Assembly (NCBI GenBank): GCA_964016885.1 | Contig: OZ024741.1 | Span: 379,688,001-379,752,000 of the forward strand | Source: Eledone cirrhosa | Taxonomy: Eukaryota | DNA length: 64,000 bases | Direction of reading: 5' to 3' | In this document: positions 13,397 to 27,532 of the stretch, in pieces | How positions within the stretch are numbered: position 1 is the stretch's first letter | How the letters are laid out: every line of letters begins with the position of its first letter | Translations under genes and position numbers: made by a program | The notes under the pieces: model-generated | Databases searched by the model: none | Told to the model about the DNA's origin: nothing | What the model saw: only the letters and a program-made list of their open reading frames with translations

Positions 13397-13636
13397 TGTG
13401 TGTCTGTGTATACATATATATATTTATATATGAAATGCCTGGAGCCCAAAACAAATGGTTATAATAATAAAGGATCAATATAAATTATAGGATATAAAGT
13501 CGTGTATAAAGCACCATTTGAGACATGGAATGAGTACAAATGTGGGTATGAGTTTTGATTCTTTACAGACTTGTCCCCAGGAATATAATAATTCAAAATA
13601 ATTTCGAAATAATAAAAAGAGATACAATCGTAAATA
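10968..13636. repeat. Second inverted pair (10968-11083 / 13520-13636), overlapping the first
   Basis: atttacgattgtatctc...ttccatgtct versus agacatggaa...gagatacaatcgtaaat. Confidence 0.8.
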
Positions 13637-14611
13637 CAGACGTTGATTTAGATCGTGGAGAAAGGAATCCGGTTTTGAATGCAGATTTATAGTTTGTGTA
13701 TAATGGGGATATAATAACTACACACCACAGTACACCAACGAAATATACATTCTTCCTCAATTGAATATAGAAACTATATTAATTTATCCGATATTGATCT
13801 ACAGATAAATAAAAAGAATACAAAAAATATATTGAAACGATATTTCTTAGTGATTTTCTTTCCGTCCATTGCGTAAAAATCGTAATATTATTTTAATTTT
13901 TAAAGTGTTTTGTTTCTTTATGTGTTGTTTTGTATTGCACTTATAAGGATTTCTAAAATTATCCCCATAAATCAGTTATTGTAAATTTCTGAGTATTTTT
14001 GTTAAATTTGTTTTACTTTACATTTATTTCAAACCAGCTAACATTACATCTAAGTCCGAGGACCCCTTCCTGCACAACTACTAATTCATAATATATATAT
14101 TTTTTCACTTTGTAAATGTAAAAACATTATAAACAGAAATGGTAAAATGAACAATAAGATATACACTATTACTACTATTTCTGATGCGACTAATAATATT
14201 AATAATAATGAATATGTTGATGATGATGATGATGATGATGATTATGATGATATTGGAGATGATATTCGTCATATGAATTGTGAGATTCTTTGTTAAATAA
14301 TGATGATGATTGAGACGCAATGTAATAAGGGAAAGTTTATGATGATGATAAATATAAGGATATATATAATACAGAGGCAAATGAGTAGAAATAATATGTA
14401 AGTTACTTGACTGGGTGTTACACAAATGATTATTGATATTTTGTTTGATATTTATACTCAACAGTTGCAACCACATTTTTGCCTGTAAAATATGATTATT
14501 GTACTTCATTCTTCCTTTTCTTGGTTTTCTTTTCTTACATCTGATTCTATTCATTCGTTACTCCGAAGAGAAAAGTCTATATATACAGATTTTATATATA
14601 TATATATATAT

Positions 14612-14660
<49 letters not shown>

Positions 14661-15154
14661 ATTGTTTTTCCTCATTTCGTGGATCGTGGGTTGTCTCCCC
14701 TTCCCGCTTCGTGTCGCTATGATACTTCCTCAGCCCAAAACTGCTGGAATTTCAAATTTGGCGGTCATTCGAGGCGAGAGAGTAACTTTACGGACACGAT
14801 TTTTGACAGCGGTAAGAAATTATTTTCTTATATCAAAGTTTAACGGGCTTCCACTGATGATTTATAAGTGTCCACCGAAATATATTCTTACATGAATATA
14901 TATTAGGCTTCTACATAAAATGGAAACATTCTCCCAACTTGTAGAACACTTATAATGAAACAATTGTTTGGAAAGAGATATACTTTAACTTTAATTATAT
15001 CTCATAAAATAATACAACTGGTTTTTCCACATTACACATATTGTTAGCACCCCAAACACTTAAATTGGGCTTATATTTAAATATAACCTAATGTTTGTTG
15101 AGTGAGATGGTTACCAGTCAGAGTTTAGCTTTAAACTATCTCTGTTATTGTATT

Positions 15155-15214
<60 letters not shown>

Positions 15215-15280
15215 CACACACAAATATATATATATATATATACACATTTACACAAACACGCACACACTCATACACATATA

Positions 15281-15368
<88 letters not shown>

Positions 15369-15866
15369 GAGAGAGAGAGAGGGGACGTGGAATTGGAAAC
15401 ATCATGGAAAGTATATTTAAGTATCTGTTTTTTCTTTTTATCTGCTTTGAGATATTAACAGAAAATGTCCCTGTCTCTAAATTAATTTTGTCTGTGTGAA
15501 AAAACACATCTACCACCACTACTATGATTACATCTCTCCATATATACAAGACGCCATTTCAAATCCAGTCTTTATATCAACAAGAAAGATGAACAAACCT
15601 GCCTCAGCACTGAATTTGATTATTTTTAATTATTTTTTAAATCGTTTTAATTGTAATACTCAACATTTGATCAGATGGATTTCACTGATATATCGAAACC
15701 GGTTATATTTTATATATTTTATATGTTTTATATACATTATAAAACTCTTCTTTTAAAAGAATTTTCCCTCTCATTTTTTCAATAATGTCACTTTGCTAAC
15801 ACCACCTTTTCTCTATAACCGCTGTTTTATATAGAACGTTACTCCATTTTCATATCTATCTATCTA

Positions 15867-15964
<98 letters not shown>

Positions 15965-16341
15965 TAGATAGATAGATAGATACATATACACACACACACA
16001 ATGTAAATACCGTTATATGGAAATAGCATATTGATAACCATTAACCTCTAAATGCAACCAGAATGCAATCACATAAATATTGTTATAGGTTCAACTTTAA
16101 TAGATTGCCAACATTATATAAAGAACATAATCAACTAAAATAATGAAATACTACTTACATTATCTTAGCAATATATTGTTCTAATTGGTCAGACCACGTT
16201 GTTTCTGATCGTGAAGCGACACAATAATCACCACAATTAAATAGAAGATTTTGATGGTAGAAGCGGTCTTGATAAAGGCTTCTTGAAGACACATGTACGA
16301 TAATTACCACGTATATATATACATACACACCTACACACACG

Positions 16342-16506
<165 letters not shown>

Positions 16507-17168
16507 CGTTTAGTGTCAGCAATTTCTGTCCCAAATCACATCCCAGAACTGAACCACCGCAAACAGCCGCGTCGACAATCCGGTTTAAATTTTCAATATC
16601 GCCATCGAATCCCACCCTTAGGATCTTGCTATAAAGGTGAGATAGATCAAGAATCTTTGGCACTCATGAACGGTACCGTAATTATAGAAATTGTCAGAGA
16701 TGAATACGATTGAATAAGGATATATTTAAATGATGACAGTATATATATATATTCATTTAATGAAGAAACAGGGAAATAATCATATCGCTTTCCCAAATAT
16801 TTTAGAAACACTTTTGACCTAACAATTTTGAGGCTAATCCAAAATACCAATTGAATCTACACAAGGACTGTAAATTACATGTAATGTCGAAGAATATAGA
16901 GATATTAAGGAAGCCATAAATATCACGTAAGAAGTGAAAATGTTTAACAACTAATTGCCGTAATCAAATGAGGATGTTTCTGCATAATATTCACACAAAT
17001 AAGATTAAAAACAGAAGAACCTACTGACATCCCAGAAACTAGCTCCAAAATTCATTCATAAAAGATGAAGCTATTGCCAATTTAGAAGTACATACACACA
17101 GAGACATAGACAGGCACTCAAAAACTCGCACACATATATCTATTTATTATTATTATTATTATTATTTT

Positions 17169-20100
17169 ATGAGTCTCAGTCATTGATGTTAGTTAACTGG
17201 AAAGTTTGTTGAAATGAATATCAAGCCACTCCCTGCAGCCTCAGATATTCAGGACATATCGGAGGGTTCTTGCTGTTTCCAGCAAGCATGCCTTTTGACG
17301 CGTTCCAAAAAGCGTGGAGGGGCCAATTTTCTTTAACCATCCCTGGAAACATTTTGAGATAGTACCTAGTGCGCCTATGACAATCGGGACCACTTTGACT
17401 TCATAGCAGTTCCAAATCCTTTTTACCTCCCACTTTAAGTTCTGGTATCGGTTAATTTTCTATCCTCTCCTTCTCTTGCACTCTCGTGTCGAATGGGCAG
17501 GCCACATCCACAATCAGGCACGATCTTTTTTTTTTTCCTTGTCCAAAACCACCAGGTCAGGTCTATTGTATTCCAGTTTCTTGTCCGTCTGTATCCTAAA
17601 ATCCCACAGCAGCACCTTCACCTGATCGTTTTCTATCACCCACTCTGGCTTATGCTCATACCACTTCTCATAATGTGGTAAATTGTTTACTTTCACCCTG
17701 CCCATCACATCATGTCTCCAGCCCTTATAGTGAGTCTGGACTAGGTGTTTACACTCGGATACAATGTGAGCCACAGTCTCCTCTCTCTCTCCACAGATCC
17801 TGCACAGTTGGCTAGCCTCCTCCTTGTAAATATGGTGTTTCAACCACTTCGTTTTGAGGGCCTGTTCTTGCGCAGGCATTAACATTCCTTCTGTAGCCTT
17901 TTTAAGGTCTCCTCTTTTCAACCAGTTCTATGTCTGTGGATCTCTGAATTCAGTTTTCTCAAAGATGTTACTATGAAGGTATTTTTCAGTATGCAGCTTA
18001 TTCTCCTTGTTGTTATTTTCTCCTTGGACATCCCCTGATCTATTGTCCTCTCCTGCAGTACAGCTCTGAGCATTGGCTCCCTGCTATCAGTCACGTATTT
18101 GTGTAGGTTGTTTTTCTCCATCTGAACACAGTCCTCTATACTAATAAGATCTCTTCCACCTTCAGATCTCCTTACGTAGAGTCTATCGACATCACTCCTC
18201 TTGTGGAACATGTTGTAGATAGTCAATAGCTTCCTAGTCTTCCTATCCATTTCTTTTTGTTCAGCAACATTCCATCTCAGAATTCCCGCACTGTACCTAA
18301 TAATAGACACAGCTCGGGAATTCACTGCACTTATGGCATTCCTACTGTTCAGATGTGATTTTAAGACGTTCCTTACTCTCCGAATGTATTTAGTTCTTAT
18401 CAATTCCTTCATTTTTTAGTTCTTGATATCATCAGCCTCCAGAACACCCAGATACTTGTATCCTTCTTCAGAGTCAATTTCTTTATCATCTCACCTGTTG
18501 GTACCTGGATTCCGTTACTTCTGCTCAACTTACAATGGCTCCACACTTACTAATACCAAATTGCATACATATATCACTGCTGAAAATACTGACAGTGTCA
18601 ACAAGCACATCCAACTCCTTCTCACTCTTCCCGAAGAGCTTAATTCGTCCATGAAGAGGAGGTGATTGATGGTAAGTCCTCCCTTCCCCAACCTGTATCC
18701 TGCTCTCACTTTTCGCAGTACACTGGTCAGGGGCATCAGGGCAAGGACAAACAACAGAGGGGACAGACTATCTCCCTGAAAGATACCCCTCTTGATCTTC
18801 ACGCTTCCCAAGGATTCTCCAGTTGATGTTAACTCTGTTTCCCAGGACTTCATACTTTTGCCCAATAACTGTCTGATGTTATCTGCCACCTTGAAGATCT
18901 CTAGGCTTTTGGTGATCCAAGAATGAGGCACCATGTCAAATGCCATTTTGTAGACTATCCATCCCATGGCAAGATCAGTGTGTCTCCTCTTGCAATTCCT
19001 CATTACCATCTTATCAATAAGTAACTGGTCCTTTGTACCACAGGACTTCTTTCGGCATCCTTTCTGTTCGTCCGGTAACAAGTTGTTTGTGTGGAGGTGA
19101 TGGTAGATTTCCTCAGACATAATGCTTTTCAACAGTTTCCACATTACGGACAGACATTTCATAGGTGTATAGTTGGTAAACATCATTACCCTTGATTCGG
19201 TCTTTCATTACCAGAACTGTGGTACCTTTTGTCAACCACTCTGGTACCTCACCTGACATCAAGCAGTCATTGAACATGGTTGTCAGTTTCGGGTGGAGGG
19301 ATGTTATATTTTAATCCAATACCCCTGCACACCATCTGGGCCTGGTGATTTCCAGTTGGTTAGATTTTTGGCCTATCCCTTAAGAGTTTCAACTGTGATA
19401 CTCAAATCAGTTTGTTGGCGTGCCTGTTCACTAATCTCCTTCTGTACTGTCTCAATCCACACTGCCTGGTCATTATGTTTAACATCCTGCTCCCATATTC
19501 CTCTCCAGAATGTTTTAGTTTGTTCCGCATCTGGGATCAAGTCGTTGCCTCTTTCTTTCCCTTCAAGCTGTCCAAACAGCATCTTCTGGCTGTTGTCAAA
19601 CATGCGGTTCTGTCTATACTGACTGACCCTGCTCTCGTATCGCCTAATTTTTGCACTCTTTGCTACAATGCGCTGCTTCAGTTCCTCTATGATAATATTT
19701 AGATTTTTCCTCCTCGTTTTGTACTTTATTTCCAGTCTATTTTTAGTGTCTATGTTTTTTAGTGTCCCATTCAGTAGGGACTCAAGCTTTCCAATGTCAT
19801 TTCTCATTTCCCTGATTTGACCATTCAGTCGTTTCTTCCACCAAGGCTCTGATTTTACTTGTTTGTTGTTTCCTCTCGCTTTTATACCAAGTAATTTCCT
19901 CACCGCATTTTCTGTTGCTTTGAGGATATTGTTGCACTGGTGAAGGCTCCTCGCCTCAGGGTATGGGATGACTTTGTTTACCTTAGCTGTTGTTTCTTTT
20001 AACTTTTCCCTGTCTACAAATCTTAGGTTCATAGGTTCCCCACTATCATTGTTCAATTCATCTACCACTAAGTTTAGGGTATCAACCAATTCTTGTCCTA

Positions 20101-20555
20101 GCCCGTCAGCATTCATCTCCTCAATGGCCGTATCTTTGTTCCAGATATTATTTATTTCAGCATTCAGATCATTGTCTGCTTCGGATGGTTCCTCCGTTCT
20201 CTCAACCTCTTCACCTTCATTTCCCACTGGCTCGTTTGCCTGGCATACTCCACTCTCCATTTCCAAGCTAATTTTTCTGCTCAGTTCCTCCACCCATTAG
20301 TTCTTATTACCCGAGCCTGCCCGGCCAATTTTGTTCATCTAATGTAAATAGACCAATCTCGTTCCAGATGCTATGCATCCGTTTCCTATAGCCTTTCTCC
20401 TTGGGGTTACTCTTCAGGTAACATTGCATAACAGTTCTATTCAACTCTTACGTCTAGTTGGTTCTGGTCCCTTTCCTTATTCTTCCTTCGACACCAGCAG
20501 TATTTTGTTGACAGCTAGGTCCCTGCTGCTGGGCCAGGGAGCACCTGCTGGGTGA
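17169..20555 (-). mobile_element. R4/Dong-clade non-LTR retrotransposon (RT + CCHC + RLE), family A, near full length, decayed
   Basis: N-terminal GYRKRMHSIW; EPWWKKRL; QKGC..TKDQLLID; KRGIFQGDSLSPLLF; HLLFMD; YKYLG; CRIC..ETVAHIVSEC..RHD; NRPDLV. Flanked by (TAA)n at both ends. Confidence 0.88.
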
Positions 20556-20578
20556 ATTATTATTATTATTATTATTAT

Positions 20579-21103
20579 AATTCAGCTGCATGTATCTTGC
20601 TTTATGTTCATACGAGTTATCACCAAGTCAATAACCAGAGACCTCAAGAGACAACAAGGTCCGCCATGTTCAAGAAAGAACATACATACTATCACATGCA
20701 TCTTTAGGTGTTTAGACTTGTGATGTACTTATAGTGACAGAATCTTCCTTAGTATATGGGCAGTTCCCATTAGTACTATCTTTTGTATTTCACCTATACG
20801 CGGGTTTCCTAGGATTTGCGATCAGTAATCATTAGACCCCTTAGGTATCATTCCTAGAGCGTTTACAACCACTGGTATTGTTTTAGTTCTCAATTTCCAC
20901 ATGTTTCCAATTTCTATCTCCAGGTCCTTATACCTTCTCAATTTTTCAAATGTTTTTATAGATACATTCTTGTCTATTGGAACGGACATATCAATTAGCA
21001 GGCATACCCTCTTTTTAAAATCCTTCAATATTACATCAGGTCTATTTGCATCTATTTTTCGGTCTGTTTGGATGCTAAAGTTCCACAAGATTGAGATGTG
21101 ATC

Positions 21104-21105
<2 letters not shown>
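20579..21105 (-). mobile_element. 5'-truncated R4/Dong family B fragment (RLE end + 3' UTR)
   Basis: ILWNFSIQTDRKIDANRPDVILKD..LIDMSVP..K..Y. Close match to 33257-33777; (TAA)n on both sides. Confidence 0.88.
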
Positions 21106-21134
<29 letters not shown>

Positions 21135-21135
<1 letters not shown>

Positions 21136-21353
21136 AGCTGCATTTATCTTGCGTTATGTTCATACGAGTTATCACCAAGTCACAACCAGTGACCTCAAGA
21201 GACAACAAGGTCCGCCGTGTTCAGGAAATAACATACATATTCACACATGCATGATTTCCAGTTGGTTAGTTTTTTGGCCTGCCCCTTAAGAGTTTCAACT
21301 GTGATACTCAAATCAGTTTGTTGGTGTGCCTGCACACCAACAAACTGATTTGA
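21135..21353 (-). mobile_element. Chimeric fragment: family B 3' end + family A internal piece + 22-bp fold-back
   Basis: 21135-21252 matches 33257-33372; 21253-21331 matches 19347-19425; 21308-21329 and 21332-21353 form a perfect hairpin. Confidence 0.8.
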
Positions 21354-21360
21354 CACCTTA

Positions 21361-21392
<32 letters not shown>

Positions 21393-21600
21393 GGCGACCT
21401 ACGTAGGAAATCGTATTATCGTGAGCTCCGCAAAGGTTTGTTATTTTCGTTTGTTTAAAAATTGCCATTTATGGAAAATTTTATTGTTAACTGTTTATAA
21501 GCACACATACATTGTTTTCCGAAAAGGACACCTAAAAAGATTGGGGCCTTGTGCCCAAAATTTTAACTTTTATTATTATCAAAAAATTTCTTTGAAAAAA

Positions 21601-23590
21601 ATGGCTAATTCACCTCTGCAACAAGCAGCTGAAAGCCTTCCTCACAAATTAACACCTCACACCGACACCACCATTTTAAATGTTACTACGTTTGCCAACA
21701 CAAAAAAAATATAAGCAGTAGCAATATTTTAAATTTGTCTCAGGCAGACATTCATTTCCCGCCATTACCAATGACTGCAGGTGTTAAACCCTCCACCACC
21801 ACCACCACCGCGACAACCACCACCACCACCACCACCACCGCGACAACAGAAACAAAAGAAGAAAAAAATAAATTAACTCGTGACGTCGAAATGAAATCAA
21901 GCAAAATGGACTCTTCCCCACCAAAGACGACTGACGTCACCACCACCACAACTGAAACTAAAATTAATATTAACGATAGCAACAACAACAACAATGACAT
22001 TATAAACCCCCCCCCCCCCCTCAGTTTCGCCAGGGTAGCAAAGCAGTTCGAAGCGTTTACAGTAACCCAGGAGGATTTAGAAAATGCCAAACAAATGGTA
22101 AAGAAAGATGGGTACAGGGTCAGCCTAACCCCCCACCTAATAAAAAGGAGCATCGGCGCCTATGCACAGTGTCGTATAGAATAATAAATGTAAAATCGTG
22201 CCGAGTGGAACGGGCATCCCAGTCCCAAATCCAAAAAGCTTTGGGACATGTGTGGGCAAGAAAAACCCATATCAGACGTGGGCAAAAGTATGGAACCGTG
22301 GATGTGTTCTTTGAAACACCAGAGGAGGCTAGAGAACACTCCATGGCCCCATTAAAAAGTGACGACTTCACACTCGTCCCAAGCTATTGTGGCCAGAGAC
22401 TCGTAAAGGTCAGGGTGACCCACGTTCCACCGGCCATCGAAATTCCCTGGCTAATAGCGGCTGTCCTCGCCGGCATCGAAACCAACACGAAAATAATAGC
22501 AATAGCAAAAGAAAAGCAGGAAAACTGGTCCGGATCTGGGATGGAGCTCCTGATCCAAGCGGACCAAAAAAGCATTGAGGAGATCCCAGAGGTAATAGAC
22601 CTCACTGACGGCAGCCACCTCACGGTAATTGTCGAGGGCAGAAGACCTAGGTGTGTCGTTTGTGGTGAAGGAACCCACCTAAGGGCTTTCTGCCCTCAGG
22701 CTAAAAGGTTGAGGCCACCTCTCCTACCCACCCCAGTGACACAACCATCAACACCACCAGTAGCAGAGATGGCAGCAACAACTGTAGCAGCAACAACAGA
22801 AGCAACTATAACAGCAACAAACCCAGCAACAGTAGCAAAACCAACACCACTACCACCACCAGCAAAACGAACACCACCACCACCCAACGCTTCAGAACTA
22901 GCACCAGCGCCTACACCATCCACCACACCACAACCAAAACTAACGGCTGTGGAGGATTTTCCACTCCCCGGCCTATCACAACTGGAGACAGATTGTGACG
23001 ACGAGGAGTGGGAAACGATATCCGGAAAAAAAAGAATCCAAAAAATAAAAAATTCTCTTCCTTCCCCCTCCAAAAACAAAATACAGAGGGAAACAAATAA
23101 ACTAAGAAACAAAAAAGTTAGGACAGATATGCCACCATCCACACCAGCATCACCAACCCCATCAACCCAAACACCAACACCATCACCATCATTAACTCCA
23201 ACACCACCATCACCTACACCACAAAAGTCACCAAAATGCGAAACAGAAACAAACCCACAACAAACGCAAACAAAACAAAACAACCAAAACGATACACACT
23301 ACACAGCATTAAATTTGAACAACAAGCAATTATTGCACTACATCCAACACAACACCAGCATCACAGAAAAAGACTACACAACAACCCCAAAATTCACACC
23401 ACCTCCACACATACAAATCACTCGCATCACACAGAAAACGTACATGACACTAAAACAAAAATTCCCCAAAGACATCGGAGACTTCCGACAAGCACTCTCC
23501 AGGAGGATTTATAAGGACATCCTTCCTGAGGAGGCCACAAGCAGTGAATAGGATGGAAAAACCGTCCTTCCCCTACGAGAAGTAAGGTAA
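21601..23590 (+). pseudogene. ORF1 (RRM-like region + CCHC knuckle + P/T-rich tail), disrupted
   Basis: ATG at 21601; frameshifts in the A run (~21705) and C run (~22130); YGTVDVFFETPEEA; CVVCGEGTHLRAFC (CX2CX4HX4C); premature TAG at 23549 where copy 2 has AAG. Confidence 0.8.
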
Positions 23591-23624
23591 GTGGTCTTTC
23601 CCATCTTTTCCACTCCTTTTCAAC

Positions 23625-26600
23625 ATGACCTCACTCAGAATAGGCAGCATAAATGCGCGTGGCTTGGGGTCGTCATGGAAGCAGGGCCACCTGCTCAACG
23701 ACCTCAGGTCACTAAACATAGATGTAGTGGCCATCAGCGAGACCAGAATCTCCGAAGCACAGGCTTTCGCACCGATCTTCGGCGGCTACGATGTGTACGC
23801 ATCTCCCAGCCGCCCGGGATCGGGGGGAGGAGTTGCTGTGCTTTTTCGGAGAGGTTTGGATCTTGCCATACGGACCATCTTCCTGGAACAAGAAGGTAAG
23901 TTGGTGGTGCTGGACGTGACCAGCGGAGACGGGCAAGCTTTCAGGTTAGTGGCCGTCTATGCCCCGACAGGAGCAGGGCGGCCTGATTTCTTCCGGCGTC
24001 TGGAGACCTTTCTTGGAACGTCCCGCTCTTTATTGTTAGTGGGCGACTGGAACGGGATCTTAGATGCACGCTGGGATTGTGTGGGATTAGTGGATAGGGA
24101 AGGAGGGTGCAAGAGTCTCACCAACCTGCTCAGACGTTTTGAACTGTCTGACAGGTACCGAATGGATTTCCCGAATGTACCAATGTGGACTTGGACAAAT
24201 CGCATAGGGTCATCCAGATCATATCTAGATAGAGTATTTTGTAGGGAAATAGATAGGTTTAGCATAGGCTGTCCAGAATTCAAGATAGTCAGCTACACCG
24301 ACCACAAATTCCTGATCTGTGTGCTTGACTTAGATAGGCTTCATAGACGAGGACCCGGCTACTGGAAGCTAAACGCGTCCTTACCAGCGCGCAAGGCCTA
24401 CAGAGACCGGATTAGCGAACTAGTTAAGCGGGCGTTGACGGGGGCCATCGTCAACAACAAGTGGTGGTTTGCTCTGAAAAGAGCAATTAGAATAGAGTCC
24501 ATTAGGTTTAGTAAGACTTTAGCAATAGAGAAAAATAGAGCAGAGGGAGAATTAGTTAGAAAATTAGATGAGGCGCTTAGCAAAGGCATCGCGACCGACG
24601 TACTTGAGGCGAAATTGGCCCTTGACCAATTCTTCAATGCAAAGCACGAAGGCTGCGTTGTCAGAGCTAGTGTGCGTGCTCTCAGACACGAGGGGACGAA
24701 AGCCGTTCAATGGGCCCGAGTGGCGGAGGCGCGTCGTGGCAACAAAGCCACGATCCCGTCTTTGGTGGACCACGACGGGCGCATGCTACTCGATCCCGGG
24801 CAAATGTGTGAAGCTTTTCAGCGACACTTCGCTCAACTGTTCGGGGGCAGTGGCGGGCCGGATCGAGGGATGGACTTTAGTGTCTACCTCGACGGACTGC
24901 CGCGGCTTTCGGCCACTGAGGCGGAGTGTTGCGAAAAGCCGATAACAACCGCTGAAGTACGGGATGCAATGACTAGTTGCACAAGGGGTAAATCGCCTGG
25001 TTTGGATGGTCTGCCCTATGAACTTTACGTACAAATGCCAAACTTGTTCGGAGGCCTCTTGGCGGACGTCTACTGCAACTGGCAACAGAACGGAAGAATT
25101 CCCAGCTCTGTGAGCCGAGGAGCGGTGGCGCTGCTGAGAAAGGATTCAAACAAGGGGGATAACATAGATAATTTTTGGCCCATAACTCTGCTAAACACAG
25201 AGTTCAAGATTTTGGCCAAGGTGCTAGCAAAGAGGTTGGCGCTTGTCGTTGGTGGTCTGGTGGGAGAGGCAGAGACATGCGCCATTCCCGACAGATCCAT
25301 CCACGACAACCTCCACCTCATGCGATACATCGTAGAGAGGGTAGCTAAGGAACCTGGCACGGGTGGGTCTTTGATCAATTTAGATCAGTCGAAAGCCTTC
25401 GATAGGGTCGACCATCGTTACCTAGCGGCAGTCCTGAGGGCGGCTGGCTTTGGGCCCGTCTTCAGAGGCTGGATCGCTGCCATGCACAGCGACATCTGCT
25501 CTGTAGTGAGAGTGAACGGTCACCTTTCGGAACCGTTCAACATCATGCGCTCGGTCCGCCAAGGATGTCCCCTCTCGTCCCTATTGTACGTATTGACTCT
25601 CGAGCTAGTACTGCACAAACTGGAGACGTTGAGCGGGGTCCCGCGCGAACTAGGATGCGGAAGATCCGTGTCAGCATATGCCGACGATGTCACCGTAGTG
25701 GTGTCGAACGCCAAACGCATCGCGGCGATCGGCACTACACTAAGAGAATACGAAGCGGTGACAGGAGCAATGATCAACCAGGAAAAGTCAGTGGGCCTGC
25801 AGCTCGGCACCTGGAGAGGCAGGTCCATGCCGTCCAACAGCGTCGTCGGGCGCTGGACGGACGGACCGGTTAAATTGCTAGGGGTCTGGTTCGGTCCAGA
25901 CCTCCAGACGGACAAAAACTGGGACGAGGTGACGAGCAGGGTGGCTTCTCTCACCCAGAAATGGGCCGAGAGGAAGCTATCCCTGAAAGGTCGAGCGGAG
26001 GTGGCGAATGCGTACATCGCATCCGTCATCTACTACCGCCTGACCGTCGTACCTTGTCCTAAGCCCCGCCTGACTGCGCTGGAGCGTTTGCTCTTTCGCT
26101 TCTTGTGGAAGGGACGCGCTCCGATGGTCAGGCGGTCCATCTGCTGTCAACACCCGCTACGTGGAGGGCTGGGCATGCCGCGGTTGATGATGCGCAGACA
26201 CGCGCTCAGGCTACGACATCTCCACCTCTTCCTCGACGGTGATCAGGTGTGGTCGCCGTTTGCAAGACACGTTTTTCCCCAGCTCGTCTCCTTGACGGAG
26301 CTGCAGTCCTGGGTCAAGCGAAGACCGAGAGGGAGCGCTTGGAGACTGGAATGTCTTCAGGCGCTCACAGCCCTCGACCAATCGGGCAATGTGATCGGTG
26401 GAAACTCCACCTTGGCGTTCTATAGGGGATTAGTGGAGGGGAAGAGCGACGACGTACTTGGAGAAACTCTAGGCGTCGACGAAAATCAAGTAGCCAATCT
26501 CTTCGGAAGGACTTTCGGGCCGGGGCCTAAGGACAACTTCCAGAAATCCCTGGCCTGGCAGTGCTACCGAGGAGCTTTGCCAGTTCGGGATAAACTCTAC

Positions 26601-27044
26601 AGGCATGGAGGTGCCGTCAGCCAGGCATGACCGAGATGCGCGCAGGGCGACGAAACCGTCCTGCACGCACTCGTCCAGTGTCCGAGCATTGCTGACTTCT
26701 GGGTTTATGTCGAACACCTGCTGTCACGTGTAGGACCTATCCAGCTATCAGCTGAGTCCATCGTGAGGATTGCCCCGCCCCCTTCCTTTAGCCTGGAAGG
26801 GCAGGCAGTTTTTATCTGTCTGGTGGCCATGGCGAAAGAGATAGTATGGTGGACACGTTTGAAAGGGCTGAAGACGAGCACTTACCTCTTCGGTGATGCC
26901 CTGATTAACTTTTTCAAATTTCATTTGAAAAGGAAAATCAGGGTAGAGAGGGAAATGCTCTCTTCCCAGCATTTTGTTGAAAGATGGGTGAGAGAAGCAA
27001 GTATTGCCCGAATGAATGGGCCTTCTCTGAGTATGTGTCTGTAA
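23625..27044 (+). CDS. ORF2: APE endonuclease + reverse transcriptase + C-terminal CCHC; one premature TGA at 26628-26630
   Basis: SINARG, ISET, VYAP, VGDWN, YLDRVF, YTDH, GYWKLN, KSPGLDG, LDQSKAFDRV, RQGCPLS, YADD, GGLG, (C)PRC..ETVLHALVQC. Open for 1001 aa. Confidence 0.93.
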
Positions 27045-27286
27045 ATTAAAGGTGGAAAACTGGGAGAGGGCACTTGCCCTGGTGGTCAGGGCGACTGTGG
27101 TCTTTTAAAGGGCTTTCTCCACAAATGTCCCTTGGAAGTCTCCCCACTATTGGGGAATTTTTCTTTGTTATTTTATTTCAACCTCAGTTTTTGAAAACGC
27201 AGAAATGCCCTTTTGTACCGTCCTGTATTGTCCTGTACTGTCCTTAATGTCTACTTTATGTGAACCCTTGTGGTTAATAAAGAAAA

Positions 27287-27323
<37 letters not shown>

Positions 27324-27532
27324 GGCGACCTACGTAGGAAATCGTATTATCGTGAGCTCCGCAAAGGTTTGTTATTTCCGTTTGTTTAAAAATTGCCATT
27401 TATGGAAAATGTTATTGTTAACTGTTTATAAGCACACATACATTGTTTTCCGAAAAGGACACCCAAAAAGATTGGGGCCTTGTGCCCAAAATTTTAACTT
27501 TTATTATTATCCAAAAATTTCTTTGAAAAAAA

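Larger units (their letters stand above)
21393..27287 (+). mobile_element. Full-length L1/Tx1-type non-LTR retrotransposon, copy 1
   Basis: 5' UTR, ORF1, ORF2 and a 3' UTR with AATAAA (27276-27281). No poly(A); bounded by (TTA)n at 21358-21392 and 27288-27323. Confidence 0.92.

Noticed and set aside
21700-22140. Programmed frameshifting in Tx1 ORF1
   Set aside because: The shifts fall in homopolymer runs whose lengths differ between copies, which indicates slippage or sequencing error.
26628-26630. TGA at the first Cys of the Tx1 CCHC finger read as selenocysteine or read-through
   Set aside because: Copy 2 has TGT, so a simple nonsense mutation is sufficient; no SECIS was recognised.
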